Assembly (NCBI GenBank): GCA_026770705.1
Contig: JANJGN010000007.1
Location: forward strand, 179,366,001 to 179,430,000
Direction of reading: 5' to 3'
DNA: 64,000 nt
Origin: Isurus oxyrinchus
Lineage: Eukaryota
The notes under the pieces are model-generated. The model was given only the letters and a program-made list of their open reading frames with translations. It had not been told where the DNA came from and searched no databases. Made by a program: the position numbers and the translations under genes. Positions 27,786 through 40,620 of this stretch are shown in pieces. Position 1 is the first letter of the stretch. Every line of letters starts with the position of its first letter.

Positions 27786-28714
27786 TCCACAGAGTTAATG
27801 AAGGACATATCATTAATTAAGTTGCGTGAGTGGACATAAGCTGAAATTGGTGAAAAGTAATTTTTGAATGAGTAACAGGAAATTCTACCAGAGTCATCCA
27901 GCTGTTCCAAGGATGAGCAATTGGTCTCCTAGGCTTCTGGCAATGCAGGCAGAGTTGTTTGTTGAATGCTCATTTTGCTGTGTCATGGCTTTTGTGGCTT
28001 GCAGTGTTTCTGGTCCTTGCTTGTTGCCCTGCACTGGAAATGCAGTTCACCCCCCATCCCCCTCTCCTTCTGCTGTGATGTCATGAAAGAGGCAGGATGA
28101 CGTTTCCCGTCCAAATTTCTGCCACTTTAGCCTTTACACGTAAATGGAAAAAATGGCCTTAAGTGAGATTAAGCACAAAATCTGGGCTGACATTTCAGTG
28201 ACATATTGAGGGTGCGTTGCACTGTTGGGAAAGCCACTTCTCAGATGAAACATTAAACAAAGGCCCTATCTACCCTGTCAACTGGGAGTAAAACAGCTCA
28301 TGGCACCATCAAAGGAGAGCCTGGTGAACAGTTTTGGTGGAGGAGGGAAGGTGGTGGGTAGGGACATAGGGACAGGGCTGTCCAAGTTTCCAGAGCAATA
28401 TCTATCCCCCAATTTATGCCATTATAGATCACCTGGTTATTATCTCATGGCTGGTTGTGGGAGCTTGCTGTGCACAAATTGGCTGACATACTTGCCCATA
28501 TTACACCAGTGACTATGTTTGAAAAGTTGGCTGCAAAGCACGATGGGACATCCTAACATCTTGAAAAGTGCTGTAGACCATAAGACGTAGGAGCAGAAGT
28601 AGGCCATTCAGCCCATCGAGTCTGCTCCGCCATGTAATGACACCATGGCTGATCTGATAATCCTCAACGCCACTTTCCTCCCTTTTCCCACAACCCTTGA
28701 TTCCATAACTAATT

Positions 28715-30158
28715 TTTTTTTATTCATCCACAGGATGTGGGTTTCACTGGCTGGGCCATCACTTATTGCCCATCCCTAATTGCCCTTGAGAAGGTGGTGA
28801 GCTGCCTTCTTGAACCGCTGCAGTCCATGTGGTGTAGGTACACCCACAGTGCTGTTTGGGAGGGAGTTCCAGGATTTTGATCCAGTGACAGTGAAGGAAC
28901 GGTGATATATTTCCAAGTCAGGATGGTGAGTGACTTGGAGGGGAACTTCCAGGTGGTGGTGCTCCCATCTATCTGCTGCCCTTGTCCTTCTAGATCTAGG
29001 TCGTGGGCTTGGAAGATGCTGTCGAAGGAGCCATGGTGAGTTCCTGCAGTGCATCTTGTAGATGGTACACACACTGCTGCTACTGTGCGTCGGTGGTAGA
29101 GGGTGAATGTTTGTGGATGTGGTACCAATCAAGCGGGCTGCTTTGTCCTGGACGAGGTCAAACTTCTTGAGCGTTGTGGGAGCTGTGGTCATCCAGGCAA
29201 GTGGGGAGTATTCTACCACACTCCTGACTTGTGCCTTGTAGATGGTGGACAGGCTTTGGGGAGTCAGGAGGTGAGTTACTCGTCGCATGATTCCTAGCCT
29301 CTGACCTCCTCTTGTAGTCACAGTATTTATATGGCTAGTCCAGTTCTGTTTCTGGTTAATGGTAACCCCCAGGATGATAATAGTGGGGGATTCAGTGAGG
29401 GTAATGCCATTGAATACGAAGGGGCAATGAATGGGTTCTCTCTTGTTGGAGATGGTCATTGTCTGACACTTGTGTGGCGCGAATGTTACTTGCCACTTGT
29501 CAGCCCAAGCCTGGATATTGTCCAGGTCTTGCTGCATTTTGACAAGGACTGCTTCAGTATCTGAGGAGTCGCTAATGGTGCTGAACATTGTGCAATCATC
29601 AGTGAACATCCCCACTTCTGACCTTATGATGGAAGGAAGGTCATTGATGAAGCAGCTGAAGATAGTTGGGCTGAGGACACTATCCTGAAGAACTCCTGCA
29701 GTGATGTCCTGGAGCTGAGATGACTGACCTCCAACAACCACAGCCATCTTCCTTTGTGCTAGGTATGACTCCAACCAGCGGAGAGATTTCCCCCTGATTC
29801 CCATTGATTCCAGTTTTGCTAGGGCTCCTTGATGCCACACTCGGTCAAATGCTGCCTTGATGTCAAGGGCAGTCACTCTCACCTCGTGAGATCAGCTCTT
29901 TTGTTCACGTTTGAACCAAGGTTATAATGAGGTTAGGAGCTGAGTGGCCCTGGCAGAACCCAAACTGGGGGTCAGTGAGCAGGTTATTCCTAAGCAAGTG
30001 CTGCTTGATAGCACTGTCGATGACCCCTTCCGTTACTTTACTAATGATCGAGAGTAGACTGATGGGGCAGTAATTGGCAGGGTTGGATTTATCCTGCTTT
30101 TTGTGTACAGGACATAGCTGGGCAATTTTCCACATAGCTGGGTAGATGCCAGTGTTGT
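28715..30158 (-). mobile_element. LINE family B, RT C-terminal half with a 368-aa open stretch
   Basis: ALDIKAAFDRVWH, VLQDSVLSP, MFTDD (degenerate catalytic motif); 5'-truncated. Confidence 0.9.
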
Positions 30159-30871
30159 CTATCGCCACCTTGAATATATTTAACGACCCAGCCTATACAG
30201 CCTTCTGCGGTAAAGAATTTCATAGATTAACTATCCTCTGACAGAAGAAATTCCTCCTCATCTCTGTTTTAAATGGGCGACCCCTTACTCTGGGGTTATG
30301 TCCTCTGGTCCTAGACTCTCCCACAAAGGGAAACAACCTCTCAGTATCTACCCTGTCAGGCCCCTTAAGAATCTTATATGCTTCAATAAAGTCACCTCTC
30401 ATTCTTCTAAACTCCAATGAGTACAAACCCAACCTACTCAACCTCTTCTCATCAGAAAATCCCTCCAAACCCGGGATCAGCGGAGTGAACCTTCTCTGGA
30501 CTGCCCCCAATGCTGGTATATCTCTCCTTAGATAAGGGGGCCGAAATTGTTCACAATATTCTTGTATAGTTTTAGTAAGACTTCCCTTTTTTTATACTCC
30601 GTTCCCTTTGAAATAAAGGCCAACATTCCATTTGCCTTCCCTATTACCTGTTGAACTTGTGTGTTAGCTTTTTGGGGTTCATACACAAATCCCTCTGTGC
30701 TGCAGCCTCCTGCAGTCTTTCTCTATTTACATAATATTCAGCTCCTCTATTCTTCCTATCAAGGTGCATAACATCACATTTTCCCACATTGTATTCTATC
30801 TTTTTTGCCCACTCACTTAACCTGTCTATATCCCTCTGTAGACTCCTTGTGTCATCCTCACCGGTTGCCTT

Positions 30872-31395
30872 TGTCGAATCGTGACACAACTACGAGGACA
30901 CAGACTTGTTAGAAGCAAAACTATATTTATTCAAGCATGTGGGCTGCTCAGGACACCACATGTGATTCCTAGTCAGTCTCACACCCTGAACAGAGAATCC
31001 AGTGTCCTTTATACCCCTCATAACAGGAAGTTCATACCATATAAGGTCCGTACATCAAGAAATTGCAGTTATGTCATGGTTAGCACTTTCAAAGGGAGAA
31101 CACAGTAATACCATTATAGGCAGATGGTACATTTCACAGTAAGACAGTTTAACTACAACTATGTTAGATAAAGATTACATAAATTACCATATCAGCAGAT
31201 TTAATCAGGGCACCATTGTTTTGTTTAGCACATAACAGGATGCAGTTGTAACCATAAACTTTTCAAAGATACTCCTCATAATTAGTTTACACTGCTTGAT
31301 TAGTAAAGATTACATAAATTACCATACTACAATATAATCACTTTTAGACATTTTAACCCATTAGACAATTTAGCTGACTAAAGCTCGATTCCACA
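30872..31395 (-). mobile_element. Solo LTR (524 bp) with 4-bp TSD CCTT
   Basis: TGTCGAATCG...CGATTCCACA terminal inverted ends. TSD at 30868-30871 and 31396-31399 restores the CR1 sequence TTGCCTTCCCACC. Minus-strand AATAAA and TATAAA present. Confidence 0.8.
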
Positions 31396-31902
31396 CCTTC
31401 CCACCTATTTTTGTCTCATCTGCAAATTTGGTGATAGTACATTTACTTCCCTCAGCTAAGTCACGAATATGTATTGGAAATAATTGAGGCCCCAGCACTG
31501 ATCCCTATGGCACTAGTTACAGGTTGCCATCCTGAAAATGTCCCACTTATCCCAACTCTTTGTCTTCTATTAGTTAGCCAATCCTCTATCCATGCTCATA
31601 TACATCCCCCAATACCAAAGGCTCTTATCTTATTTAATAATCTTCCATGCAGTGCCTTATTGAATGCCTTTTGGAAATCCAAATATATTACATCTACTGG
31701 TTCCCCTTTATCTATCCTGCTATTTTCCTTCTCAAAGAATTCCAATAAATTTATCAGGCTTGATTCCCCTTTCATGAAGCTATACTGACTCTGAACAATC
31801 AGATTACGTAATTCCAAATGCACTGCTATTACATCCTTTATAATAAACGCTAACATTTTCCCAATGATAGATGTTAAGCTAACTGGCCTATAGTTACCTG
31901 TT

Positions 31903-32000
31903 AACAAAAACAGAATTACCTGGAAAAACTCAGCAGGTCTGGCAGCATCGGCGGAGAAGAAAAGAGTTGATGTTTTGAGTCCTCATGACCCTTTGACAGA
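31903..32000 (-). mobile_element. Penelope-like 3' (pseudo-LTR) fragment with 13-bp TSD
   Basis: TSD ATAGTTACCTGTT at 31890-31902 and 32001-32013; same family as 41840-41933 and 52937-53170, with CpG decay. Confidence 0.75.
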
Positions 32001-33417
32001 ATAGTTACCTGTTGTTTGTCTCACTCTCTTTTTGAAGAAGGTGTTACATTGGCAGTTTTCCAATCTTCTGGGACTTTTCCAGTATCTAAGGATTCCTGGA
32101 AGATTACTACCAGTGCATTCACTATCTCTGTAGCTCCTTCCTTTAATCCTAGGATGTATCCCATTAGTTTCCTGAGTACGTTTTCTCTAGTGATAGTTAT
32201 TGTATTTATTTCCTCCCTTTCTTTTGCCCCTCGATTTTTAGTATTGGAATGCCATTAGTGTCTTCTACCGTGAAGACTGAAGCAAAGTATTTATTCAACT
32301 TCTCTGCCATTTCCTGGTTCCCCATTATTATTTCCCCAGCCTCATTCTGTAAGGGGCCTATGTTCACTTTGGTATCGCTGTTCCTTTTTATGTATTTAAA
32401 GAAGCTCTTACTGTCCGTTTTTATATTACTTGCTAGTTTACCCTCAGAGTTTATTTTCTCCCTCTTTATTATTTTTTGGTCATCTTTTGTTGGTTTTTAA
32501 AACTTTCCCAATCCTCTGGCTTACCACTAATCTTTGCCACATTGTATGTCTTTCCTTTTAATTTGATACTATCCTTAACTTCCTTGGTTAACCATGGTTG
32601 GTTTATCCCCTTCCTTGAATCCTCCTTCCTCATCTTTGTTGTGAGTCATGAACTATTTTCTGAAACATCTGCCATTGTTGATCAACTGTTTTTTCTGCTA
32701 AAATCTTTCCCAATCCACTCCAGCCAACTCTGCCCTCATTCCTTTGTAATTACCCTTATTTAAGTTTAGCACAGTTGTTTCCGAACCAAGTTTCTCACTC
32801 TCAAAATGAATGCTAAATTCTTATCATATTATGGTCACTGTTTTATAGGGTCTCTTTTACTCTGAGATCATTTACTAAACCTGACTCATTAAGCGTTACC
32901 AGATCCAAAATAGCCTGATCCCTGGTTGAATCCACAACATATTGTTCTCGGAAACTGTCCCGAATACATTCTATGAATTCTTGCTCAAAAATCCAAGTTT
33001 TAAATTGAACTCTTTAGTTTTTAATGCTGTATTTGACCAGGCTGCAAAGAGGTGTAGAGCAAAGGGGTAAGTGACTTGTTGATCAGTCTTCAGCAAAATC
33101 CCCCCCTCCATAGTCTAAAATCCCCAAACCCAAAGAAGCCAAATTCCTTCAGCCCCACTTTTCCATAAGAGTGCTATCCCAAATCATTAAGTTTGCCAAC
33201 CCTTCAGGATCGCCCTGGAGTCTCTTGGAATTAAGTTCACAGCATTGCTGTGAACAATCAGGGAGAAAAATCATAGGAACCATTTAAAAAAAGTGTGGAA
33301 TTTATTCAAGTTTCTTTGAACACTATAACTTATTAGTTATATTAGCATTGGCAATGTGATAAAAGCTGCTTGACGAACAGGCCAAGAATCATCCAATTGG
33401 ATGACAGAGTTCTTCTT

Positions 33418-33805
33418 CATCGGATGTGGGTGTTGCGGCAAGGCCAGCATTTGTTGCCCATCCCTAATTGTCCTTGAACTGAGTGGCTTGCTTGGCCATT
33501 TCAGAGGGCAGTTAAAAGTCAACTACATTGCTATGGGTCTGGAGTCATATATAGGTCAGACCAGGTCAGGATGGCAGAGTCCCTTCAGGATATTCATGAA
33601 CTAGATGGGTTTTTAATGACAATTGATGATAGTTTCATGGTCACCATTATTGAAACTAGTTTTCAATTCCAGACTTTATTATTAAGTGAATTTAAATTCC
33701 AGCAGCTGCCATGGTGGGATTTGAACCCATGTCCCCAGGTCATTAATTAGCCTGAGCCTCTGGATTAGTAGTCCAGTGATATTACCACTATGCCACCATC
33801 TCCCC
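33418..33805 (-). mobile_element. tRNA-derived SINE sharing the family B LINE 3' tail
   Basis: Head GGGGAGATGGTGGCATAGTGG (A-box) and GGTTCAAATCC (B-box); tail GGGATGGGCAACAAATGCTGGCC..CCCACATCC. Confidence 0.78.
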
Positions 33806-33897
33806 TGAACTTGATTTACGATTGGCTGTGGGAAGGCGACTGCTGTGCGAGCAGATGATAGGGCCTATGGGTGGGATGGCTGGAAGCAAGTGGCAAT

Positions 33898-36800
33898 TGT
33901 AGTATTATGGTGTTCCTGATTGTAAGGGTTAATGTGGGACTGGGGAAACAGTACCACCCACATTATGATGTACAGAGTAACTTTGGAGTAGTAGAGTGTA
34001 GTGGTGAGCCTAGAAGTTGACATGAAGATAGTGCCTAGTTAGGACTGCATCCTGCATATATGTATATAGTTATGTGTTATTAATAAACAGTTACTGTTCA
34101 ATCATACAAGCTTCTAGACCTCTTGATGAGACAACACACTACCTTACAAGATGGTGGCAACAGGTGAAGGACCCCAAAATCCCTAAGAATGAAGAAGTAA
34201 AGAAACTGCATTCTGACCTGAGAGAAGTGCGCCTAACTTGAAAACCTCAAATACACAGCTGGAGATCACCCAAGAAGCTCCATTACAGGGGTGGAGACTG
34301 AAGAGCAGAAAAAAGGTCCACTGTGCAGTGTAAAAGGATTTTCCACCAGAGTATGTGAAGGTCCATTGTGAGACTTGATCAAAAGTAGAGTCAGAGAACC
34401 TAGCCAGATCGCAAAAGGGTGAGCAAACGCCAAAAAAAGGGCAGAAATAAGCTTTTAAATTCAGCTCAATAATCAGGTAACAGCAATTGTTCTAACAAGG
34501 GTGGCTTGAAAAACACTACAGCCTGGTTACAGAGTTGATGCCATAACACATGGGGACTGCTTGCGAATGAAAAACAATTAAAGAGAAGTTGGGGCAAAAA
34601 GAATTGGCTTCAATTCGATTCTCGAAGCTGAGGAAAGTAACTAGCTGACCAAAACGATTTGTTCAGATTTCCTGCTGGATCGCTGAAGCTAAAACAGCTC
34701 TGTAAGTGTGACAGGAGCCCACCAAATCCCAACAAGTGTGGAAAGAAAAAAAAAATAATTACTGTGCCATTTAAAAAAAAATTATAAAGCTATACTCCCT
34801 TGTCCAGAAAGAAGCTATGGATGGTAAATCAACACTGCCAGACCATTTAAGGCAGATGGAAGGGTCAGACCAGGTTTAATGGAGAAGATTTTTAAGTTAC
34901 ATGTTCACATCAGGTTTGAGTAAGAAAACAGAAGCTGAACAAGTAAATACACTATTATATTTAGTAGGTCCAATAGCTGATGACATAATTGCCAGACATA
35001 ATTGCCAGGCAAGGAATAAATTAATTTTCTGATAACTTTGAAGAGGTCGTTAAGTCCTTGGACACCTACTTTAACCTAAGAAACAACAAGATTTTGGAGG
35101 GAGCAAATTTTAACAAGAGAGTCCGAAAGCCCAGGGAACCTGTAGACTCTTTTATAAATGAGTTATATGGATTGGTGAAGGCTCTGACGATGGTGACCTT
35201 AAATCAGAGCTCATAAGAGACTGAATAGTCGTGGAAGTGGCTGATGATACTCTTTCAGTTGTACTCCAATCTGCAGAAGGTCTGACTTTGGAAAAAGCCA
35301 TTCAAAGCGTTAATCGAAAGTCCACCAGCAAAACTGATCCATTTTGCGTGACGAAGTTAAACCATGGTACAGAGAAACCCCAACAGTCGAGCTCATAAGG
35401 CAACAAAGGGGCAAGGAGACTCCAGGGCATACTAAGCAATACCCCAGTAAAATGAAGGATGGTGGCAGACTATGTCAGCACTGTGGAGCCAAAAGACCTC
35501 ACAGGCATGAGCAGTGTCCAGCAATTGCTGTGCAGTGCTTTCACTACAACCACCTGCGATACTTTGAAAAGATGTATAAGTCCAAAACCTCGCGACATGC
35601 GGAATATCCCAAATGAGTTCTTGTGATAGATGAGGCACAACAAGAAGAAGCCCAACAATGGCTCTTGGGAGAAATTAAGGATCCCAGATTCACGTTTTGG
35701 AATGCTGACATATCTGCAAATGGTCACCTCACGAATTTCAAGTTAGACACAGGAGCCAGTGTGTCAGTCCTGTCAGGTCAGGAACTGTGGCGACAAGACC
35801 CCTGGCTATGGATGAGAGACACACCAATGTGTGACCCTGGAGGAATCCAACTACCAGGCACGGGCATGATTCTGGCGCTGCTCATGTAAGGCAACAAGTA
35901 AATAATTGCAATTCCGTATGTCATCCACAATCAACCCCCTTTTTTTTCCTGAGCAAAAATACCTATGTTGCCCTCAACCTCCTCAAAATGGCAGAAGATG
36001 TCAAAACAACCATTGCAGTCAACTATGTTGAATTGGTGACTCCTGAGAGGTCCAACAGTGCTGGTGATCTCAACTGGGACTTCAGTTCAGAATTGGTCTC
36101 TTCTTTGCAGAGGCAGTTATTCCATCTCCTTTGCAGATGGCAGAAAATACTTATCTTTGGGCCAGAGCAGACAAACTTCCAGACGAGCACCAACATACTT
36201 AAAAAAGAAGATACAGAGAAGAAGGAGCAGCAGCAGCAGAAGGTGGAGCCTGAACTTTAGAGTCAAACAGCTGCTGTCACAGAACAGGAGAAACTACAGC
36301 GATGAAGCTTGAGCATGCACAACACACAGTTGATTCTGGAGCAGGAGAGAAGCCACCGCCAACTCACCAAGATAAAACTCCGGGAGGCATAAGTGGAAGT
36401 GAAGAAACAGAGTGCAGCATTAGAAGCCAAACTGCAGGTTGAGCTCAAGGATGAAGAACATACAAACATAAGGGAGGTAAACCTTCAACTGCCAGGGAGA
36501 ACATGGCGGACTCCACCAGAAAAGAAAAGCCAAGTCCACTCTATGAATGAATGGAATGAATGTTCCTTCTGGAAGGAGATGGATAAGTCCACAGTATCTG
36601 ACCAAAGAAGACAGATTGTCGACAAAGAAAAATGCAACACTAAGGAGCACAAGAAATGAACCAGATGTTGATATCCGAGCATTGAAACACCAAGTACTAC
36701 AACTTCAACTCCAGATCAGCAAAGTCAGCCCAAAGCAACTGAGACTACCACACTTCCAAACTTGAAAAGAACAAGATATGGAAGAGTCATAAAGCTTCCA

Positions 36801-37152
36801 GACCATCTGAATCTATCAAGTCAGAGACCTGGAGGGGTGGGGAGAAGGGGTAGCATGTAAATATTATTGTAAATATGTTTGGGTAAAAATTTGGGGCAGG
36901 TGTTTTTAGGGTGTTTAGGAGTGTTAGAGTTAATGTGGGACTGGGGAAACAGTACCACCCACGTTATGATGTACAGAGTCACATGGGAGTAGAAAGGTCT
37001 AGTGGTGAGTCTGGTAGAAGTCAGCATGAAAATAGCATCTGATCAGGACTGTATCCTGTATATATTTATATCATTATGTGTTATTAATAAACAGTTATTG
37101 TTCAACCATACAAATCTCTAGACCTCTTCATGAGTCAACATACAACCTTACA
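33898..37152 (+). mobile_element. Internally deleted Ty3/Gypsy LTR retrotransposon (LTR, gag, protease, integrase tail, LTR)
   Basis: LTRs at 33898-34148 and 36901-37152 (TG..CA, shared GTTAATGTGGGACTGGGGAAACAGTACCACCCA). PBS-like TGGTGGCA at 34152, purine tract before 36901, TSD GCAAT/GCAGT. Decayed gag with Zn knuckle (CQHCG..H..CPA..C), protease FKLDTGASVSVL, and RTRYGRVIKLPDHLNL tail at ~36768-36815. Confidence 0.85.
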
Positions 37153-39914
37153 GCAGTCATGTGATGAAACATCCCAGAAAACATCCAACCAGAGCTGGTA
37201 ACCCAAAATCTGGTGCAGGGAGAGTCATGACATAGGAATAGGAGGAGGTCATTTATCCCTTTCAGCCTGTTCTGCCATTTCATTAGATTATGGCTGATCT
37301 GGGACCTAACTCCATCCAACTATCTTTGCCCCATTTCCCTTAAAGCCTTGGATTAACTAAAAATTAATCTCAGGTTTAAAACTAACAATTGACCTAGTAT
37401 CTAATGTCCTTTAGGGAAGGAAATCTGCTGTCCTTACCTGGTCTGGCCTACATGTGACTCCAGACCCTCAGCAATGTGGCTCTTAAATGCCCTCTGAACA
37501 AAGACAATTAGGGATGGGCAATAAATGCTGGCCTAGCCAGCGATGCCCACACCCTATGAACAATTTTTTTAAAAAATTGTTGTTTGTGGAAGAGAGTTCT
37601 AAAGTTGGAGTTGGTTCTCTCACTTCATTAGGTCACGGTGGGAGTGACGTTTTTATTTTGCATTCCTCATTGTAATTGATACCACACAAATATCACAAGC
37701 AGTTTTTAATTGAAACATTATTTTACCCTTAAAACTTTCCAGTCCTTTGTGTTCTTGCTGTGATTTATAAATTATGTTGTAATTCATCACACTGTATTTG
37801 TGAGTTTTAGGTACTACTTGAACTTAAATTCCAATATCTATTTGTTCATTTGAGACCTTAACCATACAGGCAACAGGAGACAGCCTGGTGAAGTAACTTC
37901 AGAAACTTTACTTAAGTTATAAAGTAATACTTAAAGCAGAGCAGTGACTTTCCAGGCGTACTACAGTTCTCGCTTCCCAGTTCAGCTTATGGCACGAGGT
38001 GACACTCAGCCTCTGTTCTCTCTCCATCACTTCGGTGGTCATCTGCTTCCCTCTCAACAGTAGCTTCTGAAAACTTCAGTTTCAAACTTGGAGCACACCT
38101 TGGTCGCTGAGAGCTGCAACTTATTACACTTTTACAAACCACAACGCACAGCGAGATCAGTGATGTTCTTGCATTCTGATTGGCCTACATGAGGTGAGGC
38201 ATGATCAATCTGTGATTGCCCTCAAGGGTGATGGTCTTTGATCCATATCACTTACCACTATCCTCTGACTGGTTCCTTAAATTGCTGATTCCTTAGAGGA
38301 CCATCCTCCTTCTTATAGTTTGTTTCTGTTACTTTATGACTTCTTGCTAAAATAAAAGATGTTTTATGATATCTTCCTTGTCTATTTGTTTAGAATAGGG
38401 GGAAGTATGGCTATTGTGCCCTCATGAATGATGCCTTGAGCTCATTATGTCAGATTTTGCTTAATTGGTGCAAGTTCCTCATTCAGTCAAATCTCTATCA
38501 GTGACTGTTTTAGGGGGCTATTTGCTAGGTGATGTCTTTCTCTCTGTGGTTGTTGATACTTGGACTGAGTTACTTTACTTTTAAATCAAAGGATGGAGTG
38601 GCAAAGTTTCTCATAACCTTAAAACTATGTATATCTAATACAGAAGATTATAATTTTTAAGTACTACCTACTTTGTACAGAGTGTGTATAAAATATAAAT
38701 TAGCCATAATCAGTGATTAAAATGTGAGGTAGTAAAGTCACCTTATACATTCAGTTATTACATAGTCTTGAGTGTTAAAAGTCTGAAAGGATTATACAAT
38801 TACAAAACTGATCACACACTGTTACAAAAGTTAACACTAAGACAAAGAATACATTGAGTCAAATGTGATTGCTTTTCTTCTAAAACATTACAAATTAAAA
38901 ATAACCTAATGTAGAACATAGCTGTTGTTATTCTTTCCTCCTCTCCACACAATAAATCCCTTCTGACTTTCCTGCACTGATAACACCAGGTTTCGATAAG
39001 GTTTTAACCACATGAGAGGATGTAAGATTGCCTGATCATCCTTGTAGGCTGCATGTTCTTGCAATGTGGCTCTGTGAAATGGAAATAAGTACATCAGGGG
39101 CCTCTCCAGCAGTTGTTCTGTAATAAACACATTAGCGTGTCACATTTATTCTGAAACAAGTCCTCCGGTGCACTTCTCTTTCAAGTGAAGCTAAGCAGAG
39201 TCACATGACACTAAGATACTAAAGTCCTCCATTGGTTACAGTTTAAACAGAAAAATATATCAGGTTAATTGATTAATAAACTGTGTGTGTAAACTAATAA
39301 TTAAACATCAGTTTCCCTACATATTCTATGAAGCAAAATGACAGAAATATTTTATTTTGCACTTGATGATATACTAAGACAGGCAACTGAGGTCAATGCA
39401 ATAACACCTGCCAACAGTGGAAAAATGTCATGTGATCAAACCACATGATAAGTGTCACATGATCAAATGCCATGCAATCAATCAAGCATCATATAATTGA
39501 ATATCCCCATGACAAAACCTCCAGAACTACATTCAACCAGAGTTGTCACCCGAAAGACTTCACACAAACATGGAATGTAATCCTTGGATCTATGGAGGCA
39601 AAATTCCTGGAATAATTTAAGGGAAGTTGGGTTCTTAACAGGGAGAAATTAGATAGATAAATTAATATGGGCCAATGATCTTCACCATCTATAAACATTT
39701 TTTAATCAGGCTGACTTTGTGTGTTTACACTTCATTGAAATGTTCCAAATTCTAAAACTGGTAGTCACTACCAGTGACAAGATGGCTGATAGAATAAGTC
39801 AAATTCAGTTTTTATTTTGTGGGGTCACCATATTTCCCAGGATTTTTGAGTTATATTTTGCAATCACAGTCTATGATTAGCCCACAAACTAATCCATTGA
39901 AGAAAGAGCTTCTC

Positions 39915-40620
39915 AACAAGTTACATTCATGCCACACAAATGCCAGGCAATGACCATCTCCAACAAGAGAGAATCTAACCATCACCCCTTGACATTCAAT
40001 GGCATTACCCCCACCATCAACATCCTGGGGGTTACCATTGACCAGAAACTGAACCAGACTAGCCATATAAATACTGTGGCTACAAGAGTCAGGTATTGTC
40101 TCCCCAAAGCCTATTCACCATCTAAAAGGCACAAGTAATGAGTGTGATGGGATACGCTCCTCTTGCCTGGATGACTGCAGCTGGAAGCTTGACACCATCC
40201 AGGACAAAGCAGCCCGCTTGATTGGCACCCCTTCCACAAACATTCACTCCCTCCTCCACCGATGCACAGTAGCAGCAGTGTGTACCATCTACAGGATGCA
40301 CTGCAGGAATTCACCAAGGCTCCTTACACAGCACCTTCAAACCCACGACCACTACCATCTAGAAGGACAATTGCAGCAGAGACATGGGAACACCACCACC
40401 TGGAATTTCCCCGACAAGTCACTCACCATCCTGACTTGGAAATATATCGCCGTTCCTTCACTGTCATTGGGTCAAAATCCTGGAACTCCCTTTCTGACAG
40501 CCCTCTGTGTGTACCTACACCACATGGACTGCAGCAGTTCAAGAAGGCTGCTCACCACCACCTTCTTAAGGGCAATTAGGAATGGGCAATAAAGCAATGC
40601 CCACATCCCGTAAGTGAATA
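39915..40620 (+). mobile_element. LINE family B 3' fragment
   Basis: PHKCQAMTISNKRE..; HHLLKGN stop and tail. Confidence 0.85.

Larger units (their letters stand above)
28575..32985 (-). mobile_element. Long CR1 LINE interrupted by a family B LINE, a solo LTR and a Penelope fragment
   Basis: Tail at 28575-28710; AVQRRFTPLIPG (30220-30510); GNYRPVSLTSIIGKML..YLDFQKAFNK (31596-31907); upstream ORF2 remnants to ~32985. Confidence 0.85.
33189..37205. mobile_element. Degenerate hAT-like MITE hosting the SINE and Gypsy insertions
   Basis: Ends resemble the TAGGGTTGCCAAC type of TIR (GTTTGCCAACC ... CTGGTAACCC). A related end fragment lies at ~39510-39552. Confidence 0.4.

Noticed and set aside
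28776-29882. 368-aa RT ORF as an active or domesticated gene
   Set aside because: 5'-truncated, degenerate RT motifs, and an apparent frameshift near the C-terminus; an ordinary LINE copy.
37840-38620. Possible additional solo LTRs (also ~9507-10041)
   Set aside because: LTR-like composition, but I could not establish TG..CA termini and TSDs.
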